DNA from: the human T2T-CHM13v2.0 reference genome, Homo sapiens
Direction: 5' to 3' (one strand)
Assembly (NCBI RefSeq): GCF_009914755.1
Contig: NC_060947.1
Length of the DNA: 64,000 nt
Shown: positions 15,714-27,830 of the stretch, piece after piece
How positions within the stretch are numbered: position 1 is the stretch's first letter
Layout of the letters: each line of letters starts with the position of its first letter
Notes under the pieces: generated by a model
What the model was told of the DNA's origin: nothing
Database searches by the model: none
Seen by the model: the letters and a program-made list of their open reading frames with translations, nothing else
Position numbers and translations under genes: made by a program

Positions 15714-16590
15714 CGGGGGAACAAGATGGCTGACAAGATGCAGCCCAAAAGTGTCGTTCCCAACAAGACCAAATTGTCGAGTAAACCACATAATTTGGGC
15801 AGATCTTTGGAGATAAAATACTAAAAGTGAATAGAGAGGCTATTCTTAAGCTGAGGCTGAAAAGGGAGGAAGCTGGGAACCCTGTGCAGGGTACCCAAAT
15901 GCCAGGGCTAGTTCCTGGCCCCGAATGGCTTCTGGGAAAGTGAAGAAACCGATGGATGGCTCACTCTTGTCAAGGACCTCTGGAGTTGTAGCTACGGGGG
16001 ACCCAGCATTCCCCATGGATGTGTGAGCTAGCAGGGAGAACTCCCTGGGGAGCAGGGAGAGACAGGGTTTCAGATGGCATGGAGCCTGGAAGTTTTGTGC
16101 ACTGGGCAGCTCCAGTGGATAGCGGCCATAAATGCCCATCCCCCAGGTCTCCCCATCCCCATCAAGGAGGCACAGGCCCCAGCTGACCACTGAGCCAGGA
16201 GAGAGCAGAGCCAGCTTCTCTGTAAGACTGGGGCACATCTGCTCTGCAAGCCATGGTGCCTGCTGACCCTTCCCAGGGTCCATGCATAGCCACTTTGCAG
16301 GCGCAGGTGCACAGCACAGCCTCCACAGCCCAGCCTGAGAGTGTTGCTGCACCTCGGATATCCCAGTGAAGCCAGAAACCAAACCCTACTCATGGGATGT
16401 TCCGGTGCTCCCGAGGTTGCAATGTGTAGCCAGAAGTATGGAGCCCAGAACAGTACTTGGCCAACACTTGACTGTGGGAGGAGCCCCCCCCCTCACAGCG
16501 CTGAAAGGAGCAAGACACATGGATTCCTGGGCCAGAACGGGAGTGGGATGTACCTCTCTCCACAGGGCAGGTCCAGAAAGACTGTGACAT
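15714..16590 (+). mobile_element. L1P (old L1PA-type) 5' UTR, 3'-truncated
   Basis: Begins GGGGGAACAAGATGGCTGAC, the L1 5' terminus with the YY1-type motif. The GC-rich UTR stops abruptly at ~16590. Confidence 0.75.
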
Positions 16591-16619
16591 ATATTCCTAT
16601 TGCAGCATCTATCCAAAGC

Positions 16620-17064
<445 letters not shown>

Positions 17065-19361
17065 AATAGTTCTTTTTTATAGTTTTGTGAAGAATGTCAT
17101 TGCTAGTTTGATACAAGTATCGTTGAATCTGTAATTTGCTTTGGGCAAAATGGCCATTTTAATGATATTGATTTTTCCAATCCATGAGAGTGGAATGTTT
17201 TTCCCTTTGTGTCTTTTCTGACTTTTTTTGAGCAATGTTTTCTAATTCCCATTGCAGAGATCTTTTACCTCCCTGGTAAAACGTATTTTAGTCATTTCGT
17301 GGCAATTGTCAGTGTGATTGCATTTCTGATTTGGCTCTCAAAACGGGGGCTGTTTTTGGTGTATTGGAGTGCGAGTGATTTTTGTACATGGATTTTGTAT
17401 CCTGAAAATTGTTGAAGTTATTTATCAGCTGAAGGAGCTTTTGGGCTGAGACTATGGCATTTTCTTGGATATAGAATTATATCATCTGCAAACAGGGATA
17501 GTTTGACCTCTCTCTTCCTATTTGGATGTCTTTTTTTTTTTTTTTTTTTTATCTTGCCTGATTGCTCTAGCTGGAACATCCAAAACCATGTTAAATAGGA
17601 GTGGTGAAAGAGGGTGTCCTTGCCTTGTGCTGGTTTTCAAGAGGAATGCTTCCAGATATTTCCCATTCAGTATGATGTTTGCTGTGCGTTTGTCATGGAT
17701 GGCTCTTATTATTTTGAAGTATGTTCCTTCAATACCTATTTTATTGAGAGTTTTTTTTTTAACATGAATGTGTATTAAATTTTATTGAAAATTTTTCCTG
17801 CATCTATTGAGATAATCACGTGGTTTTTGCTTTTAGTTCTGTTTATGTGATGAATCACATTTATTGACTTGCATATGTTGGACCAACCTTGAATCCCAGG
17901 GATGAAGCCTACTTGATCATGGTGGATTAGCTTTTCTATTGTGCTGATGGATTTGGTTTACAAGTATTTTGTTAAGGATTTTTACATCAATGTTCATCAA
18001 GGATATTGGCCTGAAGTTTTCTCTTTTTCATTGTCTCTCTGCCAAGTTCTGGTATCACAATGATGCTAGATTCATAGAATGAGTTGACCGATAATCTCTC
18101 CTCTTCAGTTGTTTGGTATAGTTTCAGTAGGAATAATAGCAGCTTTTCTTTGTACATTTGGTAGAATTTGGCTGTGAATCCATTCTATCCTGGGCTTTTT
18201 TTTGGTTGATAGGCTATTTATTACTGATTCAATTTTGGAGCTAGTCATTGTTCTGTTCAGGGAATCAATTTCTTCCTGGCTCAATTTTGTGAGGGTATAT
18301 GGGTCCAGGAATTCACCCATATCTTCTCGGTTTTCCAGTTTGTGTGCATCAACATGTTCGTAGTAGTTTCTGATGGTAATTTTTTATCTCTGTGGGGTCA
18401 GTGGTAACATCTCCTTTGTCATTTCTAATTTTTTTCTATCTTCTCTCTTTCCTTCTTTAATAGTCTCACTAGCAGCCTATCCCTATCAATCTTATTAATT
18501 TTTTCAGAAAACCTACTCCTTGATTCGTTGATCTTTTGAATGGTTTTTCGTGTTAGGTTGTTAATTTGAGATCTTTCTAGCTTTCTTTATGTAGGCATAT
18601 GGTGCTATGAACTTCCCTCTTAACACTGTTTTAGCTGTGTGCCGGAGATTCTGGTATGTTGTAACTTTGGTTTCCTTCACTTCAAACAATTTCTTCATTT
18701 CTGACTTAATTTTATTATTTACCCAAAAATCATTTAGCATGTTTAATTTCCATGTAATTGTATGGTTTTGAGTGATTTTTTTAGTCTTGACTTCTATTTT
18801 TATTGTGCTGTGGTCTGAGAGTGCGTTTGGTATGATTTTCGTTCTTCTGCATTTGCTGAGGGTTGTTCTATGGACAATTATGTGGTCAGTTTTAGAGTAT
18901 GAGTTATGTACATCTTAGAAGAATGTATATTCCATTGTTTGGGGGTGGAGAGTTCTGTAGAGGTCTACCAGATCCATTTGGTCCAATGCTGAATTCAGAT
19001 CCTAAATATCTTTGTTTAATTTCTGCCTTGATGATCTGTCTAATACTTTCAGTGAAGTGTTGAAGTCTCCCACTATGATTGTGTGCAAGCCTATGCCTAT
19101 TTATAGTTCTCTAACACTTGCTTTATGAATCTGGGTGCTCCCGTGTTAGGTGAATATATGTTTATGATAGTTAGGTCTTCTTGTTGAATTGAAACATTTA
19201 CCATTATGTAATGCTCTTCTTTGTTTGATCTCGGTTGGTTTAAAGTCTGTTCTGTCTGAAATTAGGATCGAAACCCCTACTCTTTTCTGTTTTTCATTTG
19301 CCTGGTAGATTTTCCTCCATCCCTTTATTTTGAGCATATGGATGTCATTACATGTGACATG
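17065..19361 (-). mobile_element. L1P (old L1PA/PB) ORF2 endonuclease-RT fragment, degenerate
   Basis: ORFs 19146..19391 (LKIKGWRKIYQAN...DFKPT, endonuclease) and 18105..18320 (LSQEEIDSLNR) are broken ORF2p pieces. Confidence 0.92.
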
Positions 19362-19830
19362 TATATATTCTTTGTAGAAATGTCTATTCAAGTTGTTTTG
19401 CCCATTTCTTAATTTTATGTATGTATCCTTAATATTAACCTCTTATCAGTTATATGGTTTACACATATTTCCCCCACTTCTGTATGTTGCCTTTTCGCTC
19501 TGTTGATAGTGTTCTTTGATGTATAAGTTTTAAATTTTTATGCTGTCCAATTTACTGATTTTTTTTCTTTTTTTACCTGTGCCTTTGGTGTCACATCCAA
19601 GAAATTATTGCCAAATCCATCATAAACATTTTCATCTATGTTTTATTCTAAGGGTTAGCTTTTACGTTTAGATCTTTTATCCTTTTTGAGTTAATTTTTG
19701 TTTATAGTGTAAGGTAACGATCCAACTTCATTTTCTTGCATATGGATATCCAGTTTCCTCAGCATCATTTGTTGAAGGGATATTCTTTTTCCTATTGAAT
19801 GCTCTTGGCACTCTTGTTGAAAATCTCTTT
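19362..19830 (-). mobile_element. L1M (L1MB-like) ORF2 fragment
   Basis: AGAAATGTCTATTCAAGT...ATGGATATCCAGTTTCCTCAGCATCATTTGTTGAAG. Confidence 0.8.
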
Positions 19831-22579
19831 ACTTTTGAATGAAGATTGAGTTCTTTTTTTTATTATCTGTGGAACAAAATAGTTGGTCTTTATCATATCT
19901 CAAATAAAATGTTTAATTTACCACTTCGTACATTTAATATATGTTTCTCTTTTGGCTGACAGAAAATATAATTCATTTCAATTCCCATTCACCATTTTGG
20001 AGGTACTCATTTAAAATGATGTCACAGTGTATATCAGCCTCGTGGTTTATATATACGCCACTTTTACCACTACTAAAATAATTCAAAATTTTGGAGCTCT
20101 GAATAGATCAGAAGAAAATGAAATATGATAACCTTTGTCATTTGATGATATTTGTCAACAAACTCAAAAGAATATTGTTCATATTATAATTTATTTTCCT
20201 ATTTTTCATTAAGAACCAATGGTCATTTTGCCAAGTTGACAGATTTTTTATAGCATCAGCTACTTGGGGCTACAGTCCAATGTCAGTAGCATACATATGC
20301 TATTATTAAATGAATTGTCAGTAGCAGTGACACCAATGATAAAACAAGGGAAAATAAATCATATCATCTTTTCTATTGAGCCATTTTAAACAGCTTATTA
20401 AACAGAAAAACCCAGGTACATTTTGAACCTTTACTCAAGAACAAAAGGAAAGATCTGGGGTAAACGCATGTTTCTGTTTGCAGACTCACTATAGGAAAAT
20501 CTGTCATGTTCGTTTACATTTACTCTAAGAAAAGACTTTAAAAATTAATCTTTATTTCTAACATTCTCAATTAATCCATACATATATGAACTATGATAAG
20601 AATTGCAGCTACCAGCTTTGTAGAATTCTTTCCCCATTGTCTCCTCTTCTAAAGAGAAAAAAGTCTGCTATAGTAAGAATATTTGTGTGAATAATAAATG
20701 AGAGCATGAAAAATCACATAAAACTTTTGGGAACTATGGAAAATCTTAAATTTTTTTCTTCAGGCTATATTTCTTATAGCATAGACGTTTATTTAGAAAT
20801 AAATAATCTAGAATCTTGGAAACTTTAGTATCTGTACCAACAATATATTTAGAGGCTTTAACAAGCTTTTGTTTTGAACAAAATTCTAACTTGAAAAGAA
20901 AGTAAATAACTATGAGGGTATCTTCTCCATTAGTTTAGTGAATGGTTAAAGAAATAAATGAAAATTAGCTCGGTTTTCTAAACTACGTCAAAACTAGTTA
21001 GAGAAGAAGAAAGACTCCAACTTTTTGAGAACTTGAAAGAAATGCAACTGTTTTACATACAAATGATATATAGGGTAACAAATTGGAGCTAAAGATAGGA
21101 AGAGTTTTATTGACCGACAATGAGCATTTCAATAGTTTCTATCAGAATGTGATTTTAAAATGCTCAAAAGCAATTTGCTAGTTCTATGAATTTTCTTAAA
21201 GTGTTGGCAAATACATAAAATCTAGAAGAGCTTAATAGGCCTGGTCACAATTGTTAAATATTCCTTAATTAGTAAAGTCCAAGTTACAGTAGATTTTACT
21301 GCTTTTCGGAACTTGAGACCAAGAACCTTCATCCATAGTAAAGTTTTCAACATAGTATTTATGATTTGGGGGCAATATTTTTCAAATATTTTCATTTCTT
21401 TAGGTAGATATTTTAAGAGACTTTGCATCAATTTTTCAAGTTTAGCTTCTGTTAGCTTTATTACTTTGTCATTTCAATATCCTCATTTCAAAAGAAGGAG
21501 GAGGAGGAGGTGAAGAAGTAGAGAAAAAGAAAGAGAAAAGAAGAAAATAGTTCTGTTGTCATGATAGTATCCCTCTGTTAATCTGGGATTCAATTTGAAC
21601 AGATAATTGACTGCATGTATAATTCATGTAGATAAGGATTGATGCACACAAAAATTACCTCAGTTGAGGATGAAAAATGGCTGTCAATGAAACTAACGTT
21701 AGTTAGCAGAAAATAACCCACAGACATTAAAAGGGATATGATAAGAACAGTAATTTTTTCTCTTTTGGTATTTTTGATGAAAAAGAAGGTACTGAAATTC
21801 TTTCCAAGAACATCATTTTGGAACTATATGTCCAATCTCCAAACTTTTCAAGGTAATAATTTGACCCTGTAGGTTGTTATGTTTTTTTTTCATTTTGATT
21901 TCCTGAGCAGTCATAAAATACTTTATGTCCAGCATGGAATGAGCTGATCTAATACTCCAAAACCTGGTGTATGGAATCTAGTCTACCACTGGTGTACATT
22001 TGGCTGTCTGCAAAACTTGTTTCTTTTTGGGTCCTCTACACAATATGACCGTTTTCAGAGTGCATACTAAACAAGCAATAAGTAGTTCTGGATTAAATAT
22101 AGGAATATTTCTGCCATTAGTCACATAATCTGTGAGGTGACACAACAGATAATCTCCACATAATCAAGTAATATCCATCATCAATTTAATTCAACTATCA
22201 ATTATTGAATACTTAATGTCCACCAAGCATGGTGCATATGAGCTGGGGTTACCACAACAGTGAGTAGGGCAAAATAAGGCTGATATGGTTTAATCTACCT
22301 CCCTGAAATCAAAAATAATAAGGGTCAATGTCAAGATTCAAGATAATGTCTTTCAACAATGAAGCAATGGATTTGCTCATTATATTCATATTTAGATATT
22401 ATATATTAATGTATTTTTACATTAGAGCGGTCATCACTGAGTTCGTTCAGTCACATTAACCACAAGTGCATGGAATATACATAATATATATGGATATCAA
22501 ATATGTATGCATTTCATCAATATCCTATTAAAAATTAATGTGATTTCTCAAACATATTTAAAATGATTGGTATTCTCTA

Positions 22580-22765
22580 CATAGCACAGTGTAATGGTTG
22601 AGACCATAGACTTTCCAGCCAGAAGGCCAAGTTTTTAATCCTGGCTTTGCTACTTAGTAGCTATTCTACCTTGGGCAATTTATTTAACTTCTCTGTGCCT
22701 TGGTTTCCTCAAGTATACAATTACTATACCTACTTTATTGGGTTGTCATGGGCATTAAATAAATA
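22580..22765 (+). mobile_element. MIR SINE
   Basis: ACCTTGGGCAATTTATTTAACTTCTCTGTGCCTTGGTTTCCTCA core. Confidence 0.8.
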
Positions 22766-22960
22766 TATAAATATATATATATGTATGTGTGTATATATAT
22801 GTATGTGTGTGTATATATATGTATGTGTAGATATATGTGTATGTATATATATGTGTATGTATATATGTATGTGTGTGTAATATATATGTATGTATGTGTA
22901 TACATATAAGTGTGTGTGTGTGTGTGTATATATATATATGTGTGTGTGTATATATATATA
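22765..22960. repeat. (TA)n/(TG)n compound microsatellite at the tail of the adjacent AluJ
   Basis: Directly visible. It produces the spurious ORFs at 22647-23076. Confidence 0.9.
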
Positions 22961-23251
22961 TTCGAGATGGGGTCTCACACTGTCACCCAAATTGGAGTGT
23001 AGTAGCTCAATCTCAGCTCACTAAAATCTCTGACTCCTGGGTTCAAGCGATTCTCCCACTTCAGCCTCCCAAGTAGCTGGGACAACAGGCATGTGCCACC
23101 ACACTGGCTAATTTTTTTTAATTTTTATTTTTTGTGGAGACGGGGTTTTGCCATGTTGTTCAGCCTGGTCTCCAACTCTGAGCTCAAGTGATCCACCTGC
23201 CTCAACCTCCCAAAGTGCTGAGATTAAAGGTGTGAGCCATCGTGCCCAACC
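22961..23251 (-). mobile_element. Alu (AluJ-like)
   Basis: GAGATGGGGTCTCAC...GAGCTCAAGTGATCCACC...GTGAGCCATCGTGCCCAACC. Confidence 0.92.
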
Positions 23252-24377
23252 CAAAGGTTTCTGATAAAGAACTCAGAAGTACCTAAGTGTGCTTCTTCTT
23301 TCTTAGCTTTGTATTCAAATAAGTTTCCATTACCTAAATATTTTAGAGGAATCTGGACTTTTAAGGTGCTAAAGAAGAAAGTTATAGCTGGATATGTTCT
23401 CTACATGATGGAATAGGTAAGGCACACTCACAGTCTATCTAAGTTTAATACAAAATTACTGTATAAAGACATGCATATTCAGGTACAGAGTACACAAATT
23501 TTTGTTGCATTAGTAAGATGGTCATAGATTGAACATATAAATGTGAAGAAAGTAGAATATATTTTCGTGGCTGGGATTTCAATTCTGTAGGTTTGATGAA
23601 AATAGGTGCCATCATGAATAGTCATTATATATGAGAAGAAAAATGTAATGAGAACCAAATGTTATGAACAATTTTATAGGTGAAAGCAATATTACATCAT
23701 GCCTTTCCAAAGGACTACATAGGACAGGAATTGAATAAGTATGACAGTGTAAGAAGGTGAAAATGTTGGCCTAGTGTCTGAAGTTTTCCTATACTTCATC
23801 ATAAATTGTGGAAATTACTGCACTCTATTTTACTTCCGTCTTCATAAGAAAGCAGATTCAAGCAAGTACAAAGTCAGATTGTACTCTTGTTATACTGTTA
23901 CCTCAAATTACACTAAATTAACCTTTCTCATTTAGAATGCAATTCTTCATATGTAGAAACTTGCATGCCAGACTTAAATAGCAAGTTTGATTTTCTTCTT
24001 TTCTAATATTGGCTTAAGCTTTTTTCTAGTGGTAGTTAAGTGTAATGAAGAAAATGAAGATTGATATGACTGTATAACCTTTGGTATATTATTTAGCCTC
24101 TCTGAAGCTATTGTTTCTGCAAGATGGGTATAATAGTAATTATCTCTTAGAATGGTAGTGCAAGATGAAATTGTATTTTTGAAATACTAATCCATTTATT
24201 CTCCTGATTTATAAGCTCCCAGTCAAGCATTTTGATACATTTTGCCTCAGTGGAAGGATGTGACAGGACATAAATCACATCACAAAATGAAGAATTCCTG
24301 GCTTTGGTTGCCAACCAAAAACTTTAGGAAAAAAGAGAAACACTGAGAGGAGAAACAAAGATTTTTGTTTATCCCTA

Positions 24378-24550
24378 TATTTGTTACATATTGCTGCATA
24401 ACAAATTATCCCCAAACATAGCAGTTTAGAATAACAATTTATTGTTTTACGGTGCCTGTGAATCAGTAAACTGCTGAGTGAAGGTTTTTCATAAGACTGT
24501 AATCAAGATGTCAAGTATGATCTCATCTAAGTTTGGCTATGAAGGGAGGA
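24378..24550 (-). mobile_element. Old MLT1 (MaLR) LTR fragment
   Basis: TATTGCTGCATAACAAATTATCCCCAAACATAGCAGTTTA is the antisense MLT1 LTR end. Confidence 0.65.
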
Positions 24551-25469
24551 GGTGCCAAGACACCGGAATGACAAACGGCAGACAAATTCTCAAACCGTTC
24601 AGTATGGTGCAGAAGTTGCAGCAAGGGTCACACTTGAGAAGCCTGCAAGGAGAAATGAGGACTATCTCACTAGCTTTGTGTACATATCAGACTGCCTAAG
24701 TGGATGGCTAGCACAGGGAAATGGATGTACCACACTTCACTCACCTACACCGTTCTCAGTAAACTCTTTGGTGCTTTGTGTAACCCCTGAGGGACTCAGA
24801 TACAAGGTTGGGGAAATGGGAAGGAAGAAATCCTGCAATGACAGTGATTCAGTTTTGCCCCTCCCTGGTAGGTGTGGGCCCACAAAGATAAGGTAGGTTA
24901 AATCATGGGGAAATAAGGAAGTTCTATTTCTTCCACACTTGGTTTTGCAGATTAGCTTTACATCCCACATATACAAAGGGCCTAGTTTATATCTTGAGAC
25001 ATTATAAATGTTTATTAAATGGTAGCTATTATTATTTTAATTAATTTTCCTTACCAAATATCATTTAGAACACCTCGGAGAAATAATTCTTCCTATGTAG
25101 AGAACACAAGCTCTTTTAGAACCAGGAGTCTACATTTACGTTGGGAATATACGGAGCAATTCATTGAGATTGAAATCTGGCCCACTGCTGGTCATCTTCT
25201 CATACCTGTTTTCATAATGGCAGCTGACCTGGAGACATCCTACTCTTCTCATCAAGAAAATGGAGACTTTCATCCTCTCAGCAATATACTATTTAGAAGT
25301 AGATGGTAGTGCAGAGGTATTGCATTCACCAGTCCTCTTATTACATAATATAGCTTTTTAGATTATTTTTTTCACTGAATCGCAGAACAGAGTAAAATAT
25401 ATAAGTTGATAGATTAATTGTAATTGCTAAATAAGTACATTGGAAATGCTTAACCATTTACATCAGAAA

Positions 25470-25700
25470 ATAATTGCAAATATTTACTGAGTAACTAACA
25501 TGTGCCAGGCACTAGTCTAAGTGCTTCGTATATATTATCTCATTTAATCCTCATCACATCCTTACAAAGTCAATACCATTATTATCATGATTTTATAGAT
25601 GAGAAAACTGAATCCTAAGTTCATACAGCTGGTAAGTAAATAAGTCAGTATCTGGACTCATACATTCTGACTCTGAAGCCTGTATGCTCAGTCACTTTCT
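25470..25700 (-). mobile_element. MIR SINE
   Basis: TGTGCCAGGCACTAGTCTAAG...TCATTTAATCCTCA...TTTTATAGATGAGAAAACTGA. Confidence 0.85.
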
Positions 25701-25779
25701 CAAGAATAAGCTAAATAAGCTTAGGATCAAAGTTGAAAAAACTCTTTGATTCAGATAGGGAGACTACTCAAAGTGCATT

Positions 25780-25925
25780 TGGTTCAGAGCTCTGCTACTG
25801 ACTATCCAAATAGGTTTGTGCAAGTTATTTAATATTTGTTGACCTCATTTTTCTCATCTGTACGCTAGTACTTGTGTGCCATGTCTGTGGTAAGAATTTA
25901 AAAAGCAATACAGAGCGTAAAATGT
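25780..25925 (+). mobile_element. MIR fragment
   Basis: GCAAGTTATTTAA...CCTCATTTTTCTCATCTGTA. Confidence 0.6.
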
Positions 25926-25951
25926 ATTATCAATTTTCTTAGATCAAATTT

Positions 25952-26020
25952 GTTGTTATGTTATGTTATGTTACGTTATGTTATGTTATGTTGTGTTGTT
26001 ATGTTATGTTATGCTTTATG
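25952..26020. repeat. (TTATG)n pentanucleotide repeat
   Basis: Directly visible, with a few variant units. Confidence 0.9.
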
Positions 26021-26365
26021 TCTGGGATTCTTAGATGATCAATTGAGATCATTTCAGTGAAGACATTTTGAAAATTATGTCATAGATAAATGGAAAAAAA
26101 CTATATTGGTTACCACTACCAGTATAATTAGCTAAAATTTGTAATGTACCAGGCACTGAGCCAGATAATTTTATTCATGAGCTAAAAAAACATTCAAGAA
26201 TTTTTAAAAACTATGAAGTAAGTACAGTTCTATAGATAAGAAAAGTAAGCCCACAGAAGAGATAGGCAGCATACTCACAGTTACAACCAGGAAGTGCTAG
26301 ATTATGGAGACACCCTCAGATACAGTTATTTCTAAAACTATGCACTTCATATTATAAAACACTAT

Positions 26366-26592
26366 AGAGTGGGAATTGATCAATGAAAACACATGGACAC
26401 AGGAAGGGGAACATCACACACCGGGGCCTGTTGTGGGGTGGGGGGAGGGGGGAGGGATAGCATTAGGAGATATACCTAATGTTAAATGACGAGTTGATGG
26501 GTGCAGCACACCAACATCGCACATGTATACATATGTAACAAACCTGCACGTTGTGCACATGTACCCTAAAACTTAAAGTATAATAAAAAAAA
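26366..26592 (+). mobile_element. Severely 5'-truncated L1PA (L1PA4-like) 3' end
   Basis: G-rich tract, then CCCTAAAACTTAAAGTATAATAAAAAAAA. TSD AAAACACTAT is at 26356-26365 and 26589-26598. Confidence 0.93.
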
Positions 26593-26814
26593 ACACTATT
26601 GAAAACACACTACTTCAAGCAGTTTAGAGTCATTGCACTTGTGCCCAAAATAGCTCTATTTTTAAGGAAACAGCCAGTTACTTTAGCTGGTAAAGTGATA
26701 TTTAATGCTAGTGATTTCTATTTTAATGGTCACTACATTTTAGGTAGGGCTTGATGAACTTAGAGAAGGGGAAGGGGGTTACTACAACCCCTGAAAGAAA
26801 TAAAATCTTTTACT

Positions 26815-27342
26815 CTTTTATTTTATTTTATATTTTATTTTATTTTATTTTATTATTATTATACTTTAAGTTTTAGGGTACATGTGCACAACGTGCAGGT
26901 TAGTAACATATGTATACATGTGCCATGCTGGTGTGCTGCACCCATTAACTCGTCATTTAGCATTAGGTATATCTCCTAATGCTATCCCTCCGCCCCCCCC
27001 CCCCCCCCACAACAGTCCCCAGAGTGTGATGTTCCCCTTCCTGTGTCTATGTGTTCTCGTTGTTCAATTCCCACCTATGAGTGAGAACATGCGGTGTTTG
27101 GTTTTTTGTCCTTGCGCTAGTTTACTGAGAATGATGATTTCCAATTTCATCCATGTCCCTACAAAGGACATGAACTCATCATTTCTTATGGCTGCATAGT
27201 ATTCCATGGTGTATATGTGCCACATTTTCTTAATCCAGTCTATCATTGTTGGACATTTGGGTTGGTTCCAAGTCTTTGCTATTGTGAATAGTGCCGCAGT
27301 AAACATACGTGTGCCTGTGTCTTTATAGCAGCATGATTTATA
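26815..27342 (-). mobile_element. 5'-truncated L1PA (L1PA3-like) 3' end
   Basis: TATTATACTTTAAGTTTTAGGGTACATGTGCAC. ORF 27064..27357 encodes the ORF2p C-terminus (RMFTAALFTIAKTWNQPKCP...HRMFSLIGGN). Confidence 0.95.
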
Positions 27343-27479
27343 AAAGATGTTATACAATGATCATGTTATTTCATCCATCTATTCTTTCATCAATCCATTC
27401 ATACATTCCTTCAGTAAATATCTGTAAATCAGACTAGTCTGCCCTGATAATCTGCATTGCTGAAAGATGACTCTACGTA

Positions 27480-27680
27480 GCACCAGAACAAGATATATCT
27501 GAGTTCTAATGGCAGCCTCAAAGCTTCCCATTTGTGTGAAATATAAAAGTCACATAACTTCAACATTTAAATAATAGTAGTATTTGTCATACATAGTTAT
27601 GAGTACTAAATGTGATATTTTATGTAGAACTCTTAGCACAGTGCCTGGCAAATGACAAGCACATAGTAGTGCTTACTAAT
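27480..27680 (+). mobile_element. MIR SINE
   Basis: CTTAGCACAGTGCCTGGCA 3' motif. Confidence 0.6.
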
Positions 27681-27752
27681 TTTCATCTTATCACAAATAT
27701 TCTCCAATTTATGTTAAAAATACTTTTATTATAAAAGTTCACTGTGTCTTAA

Positions 27753-27830
27753 TTGGTTCTCTGGAAATAGAAAAACTATTTCCTTAGACATAGTTGGTTA
27801 TCTGGAAACAGAAGGACTTTTTCTTAGAAG
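27753..27830. repeat. Degenerate 41-bp tandem duplication
   Basis: TTGGTTCTCTGGAAATAGAAAAACTATTTCCTTAGA at 27753 versus TTGGTTATCTGGAAACAGAAGGACTTTTTCTTAGA at 27794. Confidence 0.75.

Noticed and set aside
20483-20495. GACTCACTATAGG, 13 nt identical to the T7 promoter core
   Set aside because: It lacks the upstream TAATAC and there is no adjacent vector or polylinker sequence, so I treat it as a chance match.
27064-27357. 97-aa ORF with clear L1 ORF2p C-terminal similarity
   Set aside because: It is the tail of a 5'-truncated L1PA with no promoter or catalytic domains, so it is not a functional CDS.
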